A stretch of 64,000 nucleotides of DNA from a bacterium (GTDB lineage: Bacteria > Patescibacteriota > Minisyncoccia > Phycocordibacterales > UBA9973): the NCBI GenBank assembly GCA_027484965.1, contig JAIXRY010000015.1, forward strand, positions 91,807 through 155,806. Reading direction: 5' to 3'. Position 1 is the first letter of the stretch; every line of letters begins with the position of its first letter. Below are positions 49,180 through 59,468 of this stretch, in pieces. Below the pieces are notes generated by a model. That model had not been told where the DNA came from. It saw only the letters and a list, made by a program, of their open reading frames with translations, and did not search any database. Both the position numbers and the translations under genes were made by a program.

Positions 49180-50283
49180 ATGAATATTTTTAATAAAGTA
49201 ATTGGTTTATTTTTTCTTTTGATTTTTATTCCTCAAATATCTTTTGCTTTAGAAAAAAATGAAATTCAAAGAGCTAGAGTTTTAGAGATTGTAAATGAAC
49301 AAAAAACAACAGTATTTGGAAGTAATAGTGATTTTACTGAACAAGAATTAAATATAGAGATAATTTCTGGTTCTGAAAAGGGGAAAAAAGTTATTATCTA
49401 CAATGATTATATAAATCTCAAAAAGGGAGATAAGATATTTATTGATAGACATATAGATACAGGAGAAACATTTTATAAAATTTTAGAAAAAGATCGAAGA
49501 TTAAACCTCTTTTTGTTTGTTGTATTTTTTATTGCAATGATACTTTTTTTTGGAAAAAAACAAGGATTAAGATCTCTCTTGTCTTTATTTGGAAGTATTT
49601 TATTGATAGCTTATATTTTATTACCTCTTATATTAAAAGGTTATAATCCTCTTTTTGTTAGTATCGGTATCTCGTCTCTAATTTTATTTTTTGCTATATA
49701 TTTTACCCATGGTTTTAAAAAGACTTCGACAATAGCATTTTTAGGAACTTTAATCGCTGTCTGTTTTACTAGTATTCTTTCTTATATTGCGAGTATTACT
49801 TTGGGATTTTCAGGTTTTGGAAGTGAAGAAGCTACTTTTCTAAGTCTAAAAGCTGATTCGTATATTGATTTTTCAGGACTTCTTTTAGGTGGGATTATAA
49901 TTGGAGTTCTCGGTGTTTTAGATGATATTGCTATTACTCAAGTCGCAATAGTTCGTGAGTTGTATAGTGTTGGTAATATATCAAAAAAAGAAATATACAA
50001 GAAAGCAATTTCTGTTGGTCAGGAGCATGTTGGTGCTTTAGTAAATACTTTAGCACTTGCATATACTGGAGCATCTCTACCTCTATTACTACTTTTGTCT
50101 ATGTCTGACGCTCCTTTGTCAGTTATTATTAGTCAAGAAAAATTTTCTGTAGAGATTATAAGGACTATTGTTGGTAGTGTTGGACTTGTGTTGACCGTAC
50201 CTATAACTACATTTTTAGCTGTTTATTTTGTAAAAAAAGAAGACAAATTGGAGAGCGTATGTAATCACAAGCACTTTCATTAA
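49180..50283 (+). CDS. multi-pass membrane protein (YibE/F-like?)
   Basis: 367 aa, N-terminal signal plus extracellular domain then about 7 TMs. Confidence 0.4.
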   Translation: MNIFNKVIGLFFLLIFIPQISFALEKNEIQRARVLEIVNEQKTTVFGSNSDFTEQELNIEIISGSEKGKKVIIYNDYINLKKGDKIFIDRHIDTGETFYKILEKDRRLNLFLFVVFFIAMILFFGKKQGLRSLLSLFGSILLIAYILLPLILKGYNPLFVSIGISSLILFFAIYFTHGFKKTSTIAFLGTLIAVCFTSILSYIASITLGFSGFGSEEATFLSLKADSYIDFSGLLLGGIIIGVLGVLDDIAITQVAIVRELYSVGNISKKEIYKKAISVGQEHVGALVNTLALAYTGASLPLLLLLSMSDAPLSVIISQEKFSVEIIRTIVGSVGLVLTVPITTFLAVYFVKKEDKLESVCNHKHFH

Positions 50284-50301
50284 TTTATATTTAATTAAAT
50301 A

Positions 50302-51768
50302 TTGTTCTATAATAGAATTATGAAATTTTTTAATTTTTTTACATCTCTCAAGAAAGTATTGTTGTTAAATATATTTATCGCATTTCTTATATTAGTATCA
50401 CTGATTATAGGGATTTTTTTTCTATATAAAGACACGAAGGTTGTATTAAAGGAGCAGCTCTTTAATTCTTTAAATTCTGTTGTTTCTAGCTATGTTAAAG
50501 ATATAGATTATAGAGATGTTGAAAAGCTTTCAAATCCAGAGATGTATACTTCTGATGAGTACAAGAGGGTGGTAAGCACACTTTCAAAAATAGTGAATTA
50601 CTATCCCGAAGTATCTTTTGCTTATATTGAAAAAATACAAAAAAATAAAGAAGGTTCTGAAGAAGTTGTGTTTTTGGCAGATGGATGGTCTTTAAATCCC
50701 TATGCAAATACTGATTCTGATAACACTAACAATATAGATATAAACAGAGATGGATTAATTAGCGAAGATGATGAACTTACTTATATTACAGAAATATATG
50801 AAAATGCTCCAATAAAATCTATAAAAGAGGGTTATAAAAATATTTACATTGATAATACATTTCATACTGATGAATGGGGGAGGTTCATTACTGGATACGC
50901 ACCAATAAAAAATGATATCGGAGAAACTGTAGCTGTCTTGGCTGTAGATATTCGTGATGTTACTTTTGATAAAATACTGGGAAATATATCTCAATTATTT
51001 TTTATATTTTCTTTGGTTGTACTTGGGTCTGTTTTAATATTGCTTAGCTTGTTTTTGGTTGTTTTTATAAAAAAAGAAAATCTAAATAAAACACTTGATG
51101 AAGAGAAATCTCTCGTTATAGGTCTTGTTGGACATGAAATGAAAACACCTCTTGCTCGTATTCGTTGGCTCTTATCTGCTGCGCGTGAAGAGTTGGCTAA
51201 TGGGGATCCTAAGGTTAATAAACATATTAAAGAAGCTTATGATGAGTCAGTAAAAGGTTCAGACTTCTCAAAAATAATACTCGATGTTTCTAGAATTCAA
51301 TTTGGTAAATTAAAATTAAATTTTGAAAAAATAGAATTAAATACAATGGTTCAAGACATAAGAGAAGATGTTGAATTTATGTTTAGAGAGAAAAATGTTC
51401 TTTTTAAGAATGAAGTTCCTGGAATAATTTTTTCTGCTGATCCTTATTATTTCTTACTTGCACTTAAAAATATTATAAGCAATGCTATTAAATATAGTCA
51501 TGATGGTGGGGAAGTTGTTGTATCTGCAAAAGAAAATAAAGACACGCTTGAAATTTCTGTTACTGACTCTGGTATTGGAATTCCAAAAGAAGAAAGAGAA
51601 AAGATTCTTTCTGGGTTTTATCGTGCAATGAATACGAAAGAGACCACAGGGCATGGTTTGGGTATGTATCTTGCTTATCAGATAATAAAACACCACGAAG
51701 GAGAGTTAGAGATCTATTCAGAAGAAGGTAAGGGTTCTAGATTCACTATCGTAATACCAAAAAAATAA
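50302..51768 (+). CDS. sensor histidine kinase
   Basis: Two TMs flanking an extracytoplasmic domain; HisKA LVGHEMKTPLARI; HATPase_c DSGIGIP...GHGLGMYLA. Confidence 0.8.
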   Translation: MFYNRIMKFFNFFTSLKKVLLLNIFIAFLILVSLIIGIFFLYKDTKVVLKEQLFNSLNSVVSSYVKDIDYRDVEKLSNPEMYTSDEYKRVVSTLSKIVNYYPEVSFAYIEKIQKNKEGSEEVVFLADGWSLNPYANTDSDNTNNIDINRDGLISEDDELTYITEIYENAPIKSIKEGYKNIYIDNTFHTDEWGRFITGYAPIKNDIGETVAVLAVDIRDVTFDKILGNISQLFFIFSLVVLGSVLILLSLFLVVFIKKENLNKTLDEEKSLVIGLVGHEMKTPLARIRWLLSAAREELANGDPKVNKHIKEAYDESVKGSDFSKIILDVSRIQFGKLKLNFEKIELNTMVQDIREDVEFMFREKNVLFKNEVPGIIFSADPYYFLLALKNIISNAIKYSHDGGEVVVSAKENKDTLEISVTDSGIGIPKEEREKILSGFYRAMNTKETTGHGLGMYLAYQIIKHHEGELEIYSEEGKGSRFTIVIPKK

Positions 51769-51784
51769 GTATAATTCTAATAAT

Positions 51785-52177
51785 ATGGAAACAAAAAATA
51801 AACATAAAATACTTTTAGTTGAAGATGATCAAACTTTTATTGATTTATTAAGAAATAAATGTCTTGATTCTGGAATCGAAGTCTTTGTTGCTGAAAATGG
51901 TGAACAAGGAATAAAAATTGCTCTTGAAGAAAAACCTGACGTTATTATTACAGACTTAACAATGCCGATAATGGATGGTTTTGAATTTATTAAACAATTA
52001 AGAAATGATGTTTGGGGTAAAAAAGTACCAGTGATCATTCTTTCTAATTATGGTGACTTTGACAGGATTTCAAAGGCTTTAGAGACAGGAGCATTTTATT
52101 ATTTAGTAAAATCTGATGTCGATCAGAATGATGTATTATCTTATATAAATAAAGCTATAGTAGAATCTAAGTCTTAA
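51785..52177 (+). CDS. response regulator, receiver domain only
   Basis: ILLVEDD...DLTMPIMDGFEF...K; no output domain. Confidence 0.8.
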   Translation: METKNKHKILLVEDDQTFIDLLRNKCLDSGIEVFVAENGEQGIKIALEEKPDVIITDLTMPIMDGFEFIKQLRNDVWGKKVPVIILSNYGDFDRISKALETGAFYYLVKSDVDQNDVLSYINKAIVESKS

Positions 52178-52184
52178 TCTCTTT

Positions 52185-52781
52185 ATGAAATTAGCATTAC
52201 TTCAGATACTATATATTTTTGTAGTACCTATTGTACTTATCTATACGGGTATTTTACCTGTTGATTTTAGGGTTTTATTATTATTTTTTGTTACCTTACT
52301 TACTGTAGGGATTATGCGTCATGAGAAAATGACTCATGAAGAATCTGGTCTAATAAAACCTTGGTGGAAATATTGGGAATGGTATTTATTGGTACTTGTT
52401 GTTGGATTAGCTTTTACTGTGTATCTTTCTAATTTTATACCAGAGAGAAAAATTATACCTATCTGGAAAAACGTAAGACTTCTAACTCTCTTTATTCCCA
52501 TATCAATTCTTCAAGAAGTTTTATATAGAAGTTTTTTGATGCACAAATTAAAGAGTCTGTTTAATAATATGTGGACAGTTATTCTTGCTAATACATTTTT
52601 ATTTACTTTACTCCATATTATTTATCCACATAAAGAAATAATGCTACCTTTTGCATTTTCTGGTGGTATTGTTTTTGCTTATATATATTACAAAAAACCA
52701 AACATTGTTTTGATTTCAATTCTGCATGCAATACTTAATTTCACGGCTGTATATTTAGGGTTTTTTGTTATACCTTCTTAG
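52185..52781 (+). CDS. CPBP family intramembrane metalloprotease (CAAX/Abi-like)
   Basis: QEVLYRSF (EExxxR-like), FTLLHIIYP (FxxxH), HAILN (HxxxN) motifs in TMs. Confidence 0.7.
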   Translation: MKLALLQILYIFVVPIVLIYTGILPVDFRVLLLFFVTLLTVGIMRHEKMTHEESGLIKPWWKYWEWYLLVLVVGLAFTVYLSNFIPERKIIPIWKNVRLLTLFIPISILQEVLYRSFLMHKLKSLFNNMWTVILANTFLFTLLHIIYPHKEIMLPFAFSGGIVFAYIYYKKPNIVLISILHAILNFTAVYLGFFVIPS

Positions 52782-52800
52782 ATTTTTCTTGTGATATAAT

Positions 52801-53628
52801 ATGTCCATGCGTTTCATAAAAAATACTTTTTTATGTAGTATTATGTTTTTCTCTGTCTTGAGTACCACTCAAGTTTTTGCTAGTGATAATACATCTGTCG
52901 GATTTATACAAAATCCAATATGGTTTTCAAAAGACTATATTGTAAGTGGTGATGGTGTTAAAATATATACACTAATCTATAATGGTAGTTCTGATCAATT
53001 AAAAGGAATGGTTGTCTTTTATAATGGAAAAGTAGTCTTGGGTAGGAGAGAAATTATTGTTCCTGGTAAAAGCGTAAAAGACGTTTCTATTGATTGGAAG
53101 CCTGTTTCGGGAACATACAAAGTCAGAGCTCTTCTTGAGAATCCACGATTGATAGATCTGCGCGGAGTAGAATTAAAAACTGTCGATATTTCAGAAGAAA
53201 CAAAAGAAAATGTTGTCGAAGTAAAAGAAAAAGAATTAGTTAAAGCTGAGCAAAATATAAAAGATTCAGGAACAGAAAATATTTCAAAACAATTTAGCGA
53301 TCTTGGGACAAGTCTTGCTACTGATATACCAAAAACAGCTTCGAATATATTTACAAAAATAGACAGAGCTCGGTCTGATAGTGCGGACTTTTTAGAAAAA
53401 CAAAAAGATATTGCAGAACAAGAAAAAAATAAACCAGTAGTAAAGAGTGATTCTGTAGAATCAAAAAAACCTTCATTTATACCTGACAATCCGTTCGCAA
53501 TTGCAAAATATTACTTATATACAGTAGCTCTCTTTGTTTTTAATATAAAAGTTATATTTTTTAGCTTACTAATCTTAATACTATATTTCTTAATACGTTT
53601 TGTATACAGAAAAATAAAAAACAGATAA
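52801..53628 (+). CDS. secreted hypothetical protein with C-terminal TM anchor
   Basis: Signal peptide (start likely 52807), beta-rich N-terminal domain, Lys/Glu-rich middle, C-terminal TM LFVFNIKVIFFSLLILILYFLI. Confidence 0.4.
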   Translation: MSMRFIKNTFLCSIMFFSVLSTTQVFASDNTSVGFIQNPIWFSKDYIVSGDGVKIYTLIYNGSSDQLKGMVVFYNGKVVLGRREIIVPGKSVKDVSIDWKPVSGTYKVRALLENPRLIDLRGVELKTVDISEETKENVVEVKEKELVKAEQNIKDSGTENISKQFSDLGTSLATDIPKTASNIFTKIDRARSDSADFLEKQKDIAEQEKNKPVVKSDSVESKKPSFIPDNPFAIAKYYLYTVALFVFNIKVIFFSLLILILYFLIRFVYRKIKNR

Positions 53629-53632
53629 ATAT

Positions 53633-54760
53633 ATGAATCCACTAGAATTCCATCAAAAAAATAAAGGGAAAATACAAATATCTCTTATAGAACCTTTAAC
53701 AAAAGAAAATTTACCACTTGCATATACTCCTGGAGTTGCGGAAGTGTCTCTTGCTATATCAAAAAATAAAGAATTGGTTAATGAATATACTTGGAAAAAT
53801 AGAGTCGTCGCTGTTGTTACTGACGGTTCTGCAGTGCTCGGTCTTGGCAATCTTGGTCCAGAAGCATCTTTTCCTGTTATGGAAGGAAAAGCTGCCTTAT
53901 TTAAACAATTTGCAAATGTAGATGCTGTTCCGATCTGTCTTGATACTCAAGACACAGAAGAGATAATAAAAGCAGTTATTGCGATAGCACCATCATTCGG
54001 AGGAATTAATTTGGAAGACATATCTGCTCCTAGGTGTTTTGAGATAGAAAGAGCTCTTAGAGAGAAACTATCTATTCCAGTAATGCATGATGATCAGCAT
54101 GGCACAGCCACTGTTGTTTTAGCTGGACTCATAAATTCTCTCAAGCTTCGAGATTCTAAAATCGATGAAATTAAAATCGTACTTTCTGGTGCAGGCGCTG
54201 CTGGAATTGCTATCACAGAACTTCTTGTTGTAGCAGGTGTAAGACATATAGCACTTGTCGATAGTCATGGAGTTATGACAAATACTCGAGAAGATTTAAA
54301 TTTAGAAAAGAAAAAACTTCTTGAAAAAATAGGCGAACCTTGGACAACTGGAAGTCTGTCAGATATTCTTGCTGGCGCAGATGTTTTTGTGGGTGTAAGT
54401 AAAGCAGGAGTTCTTACTGAAGATATGATAAGAATAATGGCTAAAGACCCAATCATTTTTGCTCTTGCAAATCCAACTCCAGAAATATTCCCAGAGCAAG
54501 CGATAAGTGCTGGAGCTCTGATCGTATCTACTGGACGTTCAGATTTTCCAAATCAAATAAACAACGTTCTTGCTTTCCCGGGTATTTTTAAAGGAGCTCT
54601 AGAAAACAGGCTTTCACAGTTTACAGACGAACATTTCTTGAAAGTAGCGCACGCTTTAGCTTCTCTTGTAGAAAATCCTACAAGAGAAAATATTTTACCT
54701 GGAGCGTTTGATGAGCGTGTAGTGAGTGCTGTGTCTTCTATATTTAAAGATGAAAAATAA
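53633..54760 (+). CDS. NAD(P)-dependent malic enzyme (short form)
   Basis: [38 protein letters not shown], Rossmann GAGAAG. Confidence 0.8.
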   Translation: MNPLEFHQKNKGKIQISLIEPLTKENLPLAYTPGVAEVSLAISKNKELVNEYTWKNRVVAVVTDGSAVLGLGNLGPEASFPVMEGKAALFKQFANVDAVPICLDTQDTEEIIKAVIAIAPSFGGINLEDISAPRCFEIERALREKLSIPVMHDDQHGTATVVLAGLINSLKLRDSKIDEIKIVLSGAGAAGIAITELLVVAGVRHIALVDSHGVMTNTREDLNLEKKKLLEKIGEPWTTGSLSDILAGADVFVGVSKAGVLTEDMIRIMAKDPIIFALANPTPEIFPEQAISAGALIVSTGRSDFPNQINNVLAFPGIFKGALENRLSQFTDEHFLKVAHALASLVENPTRENILPGAFDERVVSAVSSIFKDEK

Positions 54761-55029
54761 TAAACTTAATACAAATAATAAATTATTAAAAACCATTCTG
54801 TTGGCTATCAGTGGAATTATTTTTCCTTTTTATGTTGGATCTCTTTTTTTGTTTGGAGGTATTATAATGAATTGGTTTGGTTTAACAACTGCATTGTTTT
54901 TTGCTCTTTTGAGAGTTTCTTTATTTGCAAGTGGTGCCCGCAATTTTTTCTTTGAAGGTTTTTTGATTATAGGTGCATCTTTGTGTATTTTAATTATTAA
55001 AAAGTATACAAGAAAAAATACTACTTCAT

Positions 55030-56706
55030 ATGAGTTTATTTAGGAAAAAAAGAAAAAAATATAGGGATGTTGATCCAGATGAAATATTGATTGACGCACA
55101 AAATCTCCCAAACTTTAATAGGCAACAATTTGAAGGGAGACTAGAAAAAGCAATTAAAGAAAAACCTTTTTTTATTTTTGGATTTTTTGTTACTGTCGTA
55201 TTTATTATTTTTTCCGGTAGGCTTTTTTACATTCAAGTTATACAGGGTGACGAATATTTGGCCAAGAGTGAAAGAAATAGTTTAAACACTACTCCTATTT
55301 TTGCTGACCGTGGAATTATATATGATAGAAATAAAGTAGAACTTGCTTGGAATGAAAGACTTATTCCAGAACAACCTTTTGCTGATCGTGTATACATAAA
55401 ACAACCCGGATTCGCTCATTTGCTTGGCTATATAAAATATCCAGAAAAAGATAGTTCTGGTAATTTTTGGAGAGATTCTTTTATTGCAAAAGATGGAATT
55501 GAAAAGATATACAGCAAACTTCTTGAAGGAAAAAATGGTGTAAAAATATTTGAGGAAGATGTTTATGGAAATACATATTCAGAAAACACAATCAATCCAC
55601 CAATTCATGGTACGGACCTTATGCTCTCTATCGACTCTAAAGTGCAAGAGGGTCTTTATAAAGGAATTGAAAATCTTGCCCAAAGTTCTGGATATCGTGG
55701 AGGAGGAGGAATTATTATTGATGTAGATACTGGTGATGTCTTAGCAATGACAAGTTATCCAGAATATGACCCTAATATTTTATCAAAAGGTGAAGATCAA
55801 AATATTATTAAAGGTTATTTAGAAGATTCAAGAAGGGTTTTTATTAATCGTGTCTTGTCTGGTGTTTATACTCCAGGATCTATTGTTAAACCTTTTGTAG
55901 CTATAGGTGCTCTTAATGAACGTATTATAGATCCTCGTACTCAGATTTTGAGCACAGGAAAACTCGTCATTCCAAACATATACGGAGGTCCAGATAGTAT
56001 TTTTAAAGACTGGAAAGCTCATGGATATGTTGATATGAGGGAGTCTATCGCAGTTTCTTCTAATATATATTTTTATGAAATCGGTGGGGGGTATAAAGAC
56101 CAAAAGGGTCTAGGAATTGCAAACATTGAAAAGTATTCAAAAGCTTTTGGTATTGGTAAGAAGAGTGGTATTGATTTACCAAATGAACTTTCTGGTGTTA
56201 TTCCAAATATCGAATGGAAAAAGAAAAACTTTCCAAATGATCCTTGGAGAATTGGAAATACATATCACACAGCTATTGGTCAGTATGGTTTTCAAGTAAC
56301 ACCAATACAAATGGCTCGTGCTACAGCAGCTATTGTAAATGGAGGTAATCTTGTAACCCCTGGTCTTATCTTGAATGCGGCCAGACCAAAAGAACATATT
56401 GATATAATAAAAGACGAAAATGATTACAAAGTTGTGCAAGAGGGAATGCGACAGGTTGTGACAGATGGTACAGGTACTTCAATGAAAGCTTTTTCTGTGG
56501 CTGCTAAGTCAGGAACGGCTCAAGTTGGAGTTTCTAAAGATAGAGTCAATTCTTGGATAATTGGATTTTTCCCTTATGAAAACCCAAAATATGCATTTGC
56601 TATTTTGATGGAGAGTGGAACAGCAAATCAAGTTGCAAGTGCTTCTAATGCGATGAAATATACTCTTGAATGGATGCAGATGAATACTCCTGAGTATTTG
56701 AAATAA
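55030..56706 (+). CDS. mrdA: penicillin-binding protein 2 (class B transpeptidase)
   Basis: N-terminal TM, dimerisation domain, SIVKP / SSN / KSGTA motifs; lies outside the dcw cluster, so PBP2 (mrdA) rather than ftsI. Confidence 0.7.
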   Translation: MSLFRKKRKKYRDVDPDEILIDAQNLPNFNRQQFEGRLEKAIKEKPFFIFGFFVTVVFIIFSGRLFYIQVIQGDEYLAKSERNSLNTTPIFADRGIIYDRNKVELAWNERLIPEQPFADRVYIKQPGFAHLLGYIKYPEKDSSGNFWRDSFIAKDGIEKIYSKLLEGKNGVKIFEEDVYGNTYSENTINPPIHGTDLMLSIDSKVQEGLYKGIENLAQSSGYRGGGGIIIDVDTGDVLAMTSYPEYDPNILSKGEDQNIIKGYLEDSRRVFINRVLSGVYTPGSIVKPFVAIGALNERIIDPRTQILSTGKLVIPNIYGGPDSIFKDWKAHGYVDMRESIAVSSNIYFYEIGGGYKDQKGLGIANIEKYSKAFGIGKKSGIDLPNELSGVIPNIEWKKKNFPNDPWRIGNTYHTAIGQYGFQVTPIQMARATAAIVNGGNLVTPGLILNAARPKEHIDIIKDENDYKVVQEGMRQVVTDGTGTSMKAFSVAAKSGTAQVGVSKDRVNSWIIGFFPYENPKYAFAILMESGTANQVASASNAMKYTLEWMQMNTPEYLK

Positions 56707-56714
56707 AAATCCTA

Positions 56715-56754
56715 AAAAGGCCTGATTTTGCTTCGCAAAATCAGGCCTTTTTTC
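56715..56754 (+). terminator. rho-independent terminator
   Basis: aaaaaggcctgattttgc-ttc-gcaaaatcaggcctttttt. Confidence 0.65.
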
Positions 56755-56786
56755 TGTAAACATTTTTATTTGAACTTAGTATCGTT

Positions 56787-57272
56787 TTGATGTACTATAC
56801 CTCTATGGAATACGAAAAAGACTATATCACTAAAGAAAAGAAAGCAGCTCTAGAAGAGGAGCTGGAATTTCTTCGTAGTACAAAAAGACGCGAAATTTTA
56901 ACGCAACTTGAGTATGCGAAAGCTTTAGGTGACTTATCAGAAAATGCTGAATATCACGAAGCTCGTGAACTCCAAGGAAAAAATGAAGATCGTATAAAAA
57001 TTATCGATCACGTTTTAAGAAATTCTATTGTAATGTCAGACAATCGCGTAACGGATATTGTTGTTATGGGTTCTACAGTTACTGTTATTGCTGATGACGG
57101 GAAAGAAAAAACTTTTCAAATTGTAGGAAAAGAAGATGCTGATATTTTAGAAGGAAGGATATCTCACCACTCACCACTTGGGACTGCATTGTTTGGAGGA
57201 CGTGTTGGAGATAATGTTGAATTCTCAACACCTAGAGGAACTACACTATATAAAATAAAAGAAATAATGTAA
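56787..57272 (+). CDS. greA: transcription elongation factor GreA
   Basis: N-terminal coiled coil with DLSENAEY acidic tip, C-terminal FKBP-like domain; likely start 56805. Confidence 0.8.
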   Translation: MMYYTSMEYEKDYITKEKKAALEEELEFLRSTKRREILTQLEYAKALGDLSENAEYHEARELQGKNEDRIKIIDHVLRNSIVMSDNRVTDIVVMGSTVTVIADDGKEKTFQIVGKEDADILEGRISHHSPLGTALFGGRVGDNVEFSTPRGTTLYKIKEIM

Positions 57273-57283
57273 TATAGAGTATT

Positions 57284-58771
57284 ATGGCATCACTCGAAGA
57301 ATTACGTTTAGCTCGTTTGCAAAAAAAGTCGCTTCTAGAACAATCTGGAATGTCTCCTTATGCAACACAAGTAGAAAGAACTCATACAACAAATGAAGCT
57401 TTAGAGCAGTTTGATATGCTCTCATCACAAAATTCAATTGTTACTGTGGTTGGAAGAGTTATGGCGCTTCGTGGTCAAGGTGCAATCATGTTTTTCAATG
57501 TTAAAGATGGAAGTGGTATTATCCAATGCTGTATTAAGAAGGATGAAATTTCAGAACTTCTTATGAGTCTTTTTGTAGATACTGTTGATATTGGAGACTT
57601 TGTTCAAGTTTCTGGAACTTTGTTTGAAACAAAAACAGGACAAAAGACAATTCTTATTACTGACTGGATAATGCTTACAAAGACACTCAGGCCACTTCCT
57701 GATAAATGGCACGGTCTTCAAGATGTAGAAGAAACATATCGCAAAAGATATCTTGATGCACTGATGGATGATTCTGTTCATAATCGTTTTATCGTTCGTG
57801 CAAAAGTCATAAAGGCCATTCGTGCATTCTTTGATGATCTTGGTTTCTTAGAAATAGAGACTCCAATACTCCAAACACAAGCAGGAGGTGCAATGGCTCG
57901 CGTTTTTGAAACTTTCCATAACGATTACCAAATCCCAATAGTTCTTCGTATTGCGCTTGAACTTGATCACAAGATTTTGACTGCTGCAGGATATGAACGT
58001 ATTTATGAAATAGGAAAGAACTTTAGAAATGAGGGTTCTGATCCTACACATATTCAAGAATTTACAATGATGGAATGGTACGCAGCTTATGCGTCTCTCG
58101 AAGAAAATCTAGATTGGACAGAAGCGCTTCTTCGTCATCTCGCTCAAGACATTGTTGGTAAAACAACATTTAGCGTTTTTGATAAAGAGGGAAATGAGCA
58201 TACTGTATATTTTGATGGTGCGTGGACTCGTATAAAATTCGCTGATCTTTTGAAAGAGTATGCAGATTTCGATATGAATTCTTCTACACTTGATGATATT
58301 CGTGACAAAGCAATACAACTTGGTCTTGATAAAAATGAATCACTAAAAATAGGAAAGGGAAACTTGCTTGATTATATTTTTAAAAAGACCGCTCGTCCAA
58401 AACTTATTCAACCAACATTTGTTCTTGACTATCCAAGTGACTTGAAACCTCTTGCTCAGCAAAATGAAAATGGTACAGCTCGTGTTGCACAGCTCGTGAT
58501 TGCAGGTGCCGAGATTACAAATCAATATGCCGAACTCGTTGACCCAATACTAGAGAGAAATCTTCTCGAAGAGCAAGCTAGTGCAAAAGAAGGTGGTGAC
58601 GATGAAGCGATGTCTGTCGATGAAAGATTCCTTACAGCAATGGAGCATGGTATGCCTCCAATGACAGGTTTTGGAATGGGGATTGATAGACTGGTAGCAC
58701 TTTTCACTGAACAGCGAAATCTGCGCGATGTTATCTTCTTTCCAATAATGAAACCAAAAAGTGACGAATAA
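57284..58771 (+). CDS. lysS: lysine--tRNA ligase (class II)
   Basis: OB anticodon-binding domain plus class II motifs (FRNEG, GGAMAR, GMGIDR). Confidence 0.9.
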   Translation: MASLEELRLARLQKKSLLEQSGMSPYATQVERTHTTNEALEQFDMLSSQNSIVTVVGRVMALRGQGAIMFFNVKDGSGIIQCCIKKDEISELLMSLFVDTVDIGDFVQVSGTLFETKTGQKTILITDWIMLTKTLRPLPDKWHGLQDVEETYRKRYLDALMDDSVHNRFIVRAKVIKAIRAFFDDLGFLEIETPILQTQAGGAMARVFETFHNDYQIPIVLRIALELDHKILTAAGYERIYEIGKNFRNEGSDPTHIQEFTMMEWYAAYASLEENLDWTEALLRHLAQDIVGKTTFSVFDKEGNEHTVYFDGAWTRIKFADLLKEYADFDMNSSTLDDIRDKAIQLGLDKNESLKIGKGNLLDYIFKKTARPKLIQPTFVLDYPSDLKPLAQQNENGTARVAQLVIAGAEITNQYAELVDPILERNLLEEQASAKEGGDDEAMSVDERFLTAMEHGMPPMTGFGMGIDRLVALFTEQRNLRDVIFFPIMKPKSDE

Positions 58772-58780
58772 AAAAACCTC

Positions 58781-58809
58781 CCAATTGGGAGGTTTTTTGT
58801 AGATAATTT
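58781..58809 (+). terminator. rho-independent terminator
   Basis: aaaaaacctccc-aatt-gggaggttttttg. Confidence 0.65.
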
Positions 58810-58846
58810 ATAAAAAATAAAACCTTATTTGTTAAACAAATAAGGT

Positions 58847-59092
58847 TTAATAATTAAATTCGTACTGAGCTTTGTCATCCACAATTTCTTCGTGTATCTT
58901 GGATATTATCCAAGATTTAATGCCGTGACATTTTTTTATCATTTTTAGGAAAGCTTTCCTTTTTCTAGATAAAAGCATGCGTGCTTTTTTTTGATATGCT
59001 GCGATAAGGTCTTTTACTGAACCATCATCTATTGTAGAGTGTGTTTTTTTAAGCTCATTAAGAATTTCTGTTTCCAAAAATCTTTTTTTCAT
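58847..59092 (-). CDS. small basic hypothetical protein
   Basis: 81 aa; hairpin aaaccttatttg-ttaaa-caaataaggttt downstream. Confidence 0.35.
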   Translation of the reverse strand: MKKRFLETEILNELKKTHSTIDDGSVKDLIAAYQKKARMLLSRKRKAFLKMIKKCHGIKSWIISKIHEEIVDDKAQYEFNY

Positions 59093-59376
59093 GGCGTTAT
59101 TTTTTCTATATTAATCATATATTTTATATATTTTTTGTCAAATGAATATTTGTATTTTACCAAAGAATGAGGTTTCTACTTTTAAAATACATTACGGAGG
59201 CAAAATTTCTTAAATATTTAATTGGTAGTTTTTGTATTTTACTATCAAGCGAGGTTACTCCTCTAGAACGACATTTCGCAGCCGGGCAGGCGAGAATAGT
59301 AATTTCGTAGCAACAAAATATACGCGTCCTTCTAGAGGAGTGGCCGAGCGCCACTTATCCACACAGATTCTTTTGA

Positions 59377-59425
59377 AAGTGGGGTACAAGTGGTGTAAAA
59401 TGGTAACAAGTGGGATGAAGTGGGA
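59377..59425 (+). promoter_or_regulatory. MraZ-box direct repeats upstream of mraZ
   Basis: AAGTGGGG / AAGTGGTG / AATGGTAA / AAGTGGGA / AAGTGGGA starting at 59377, 59388, 59398, 59408 and 59418 (10-11 bp periodicity), 44 bp upstream of the mraZ start. Confidence 0.5.
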
Positions 59426-59468
59426 AATTTGACGGCATCAATTTTCTCCAAATCTTGCGAAGAATTAT

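Noticed and set aside
54726-55043. 105-aa ORF overlapping the malic enzyme 3' end
   Set aside because: Out-of-frame overlap with a well-supported gene; hydrophobic, low-complexity translation. Possibly a small membrane protein starting at a later Met, but unsupported.
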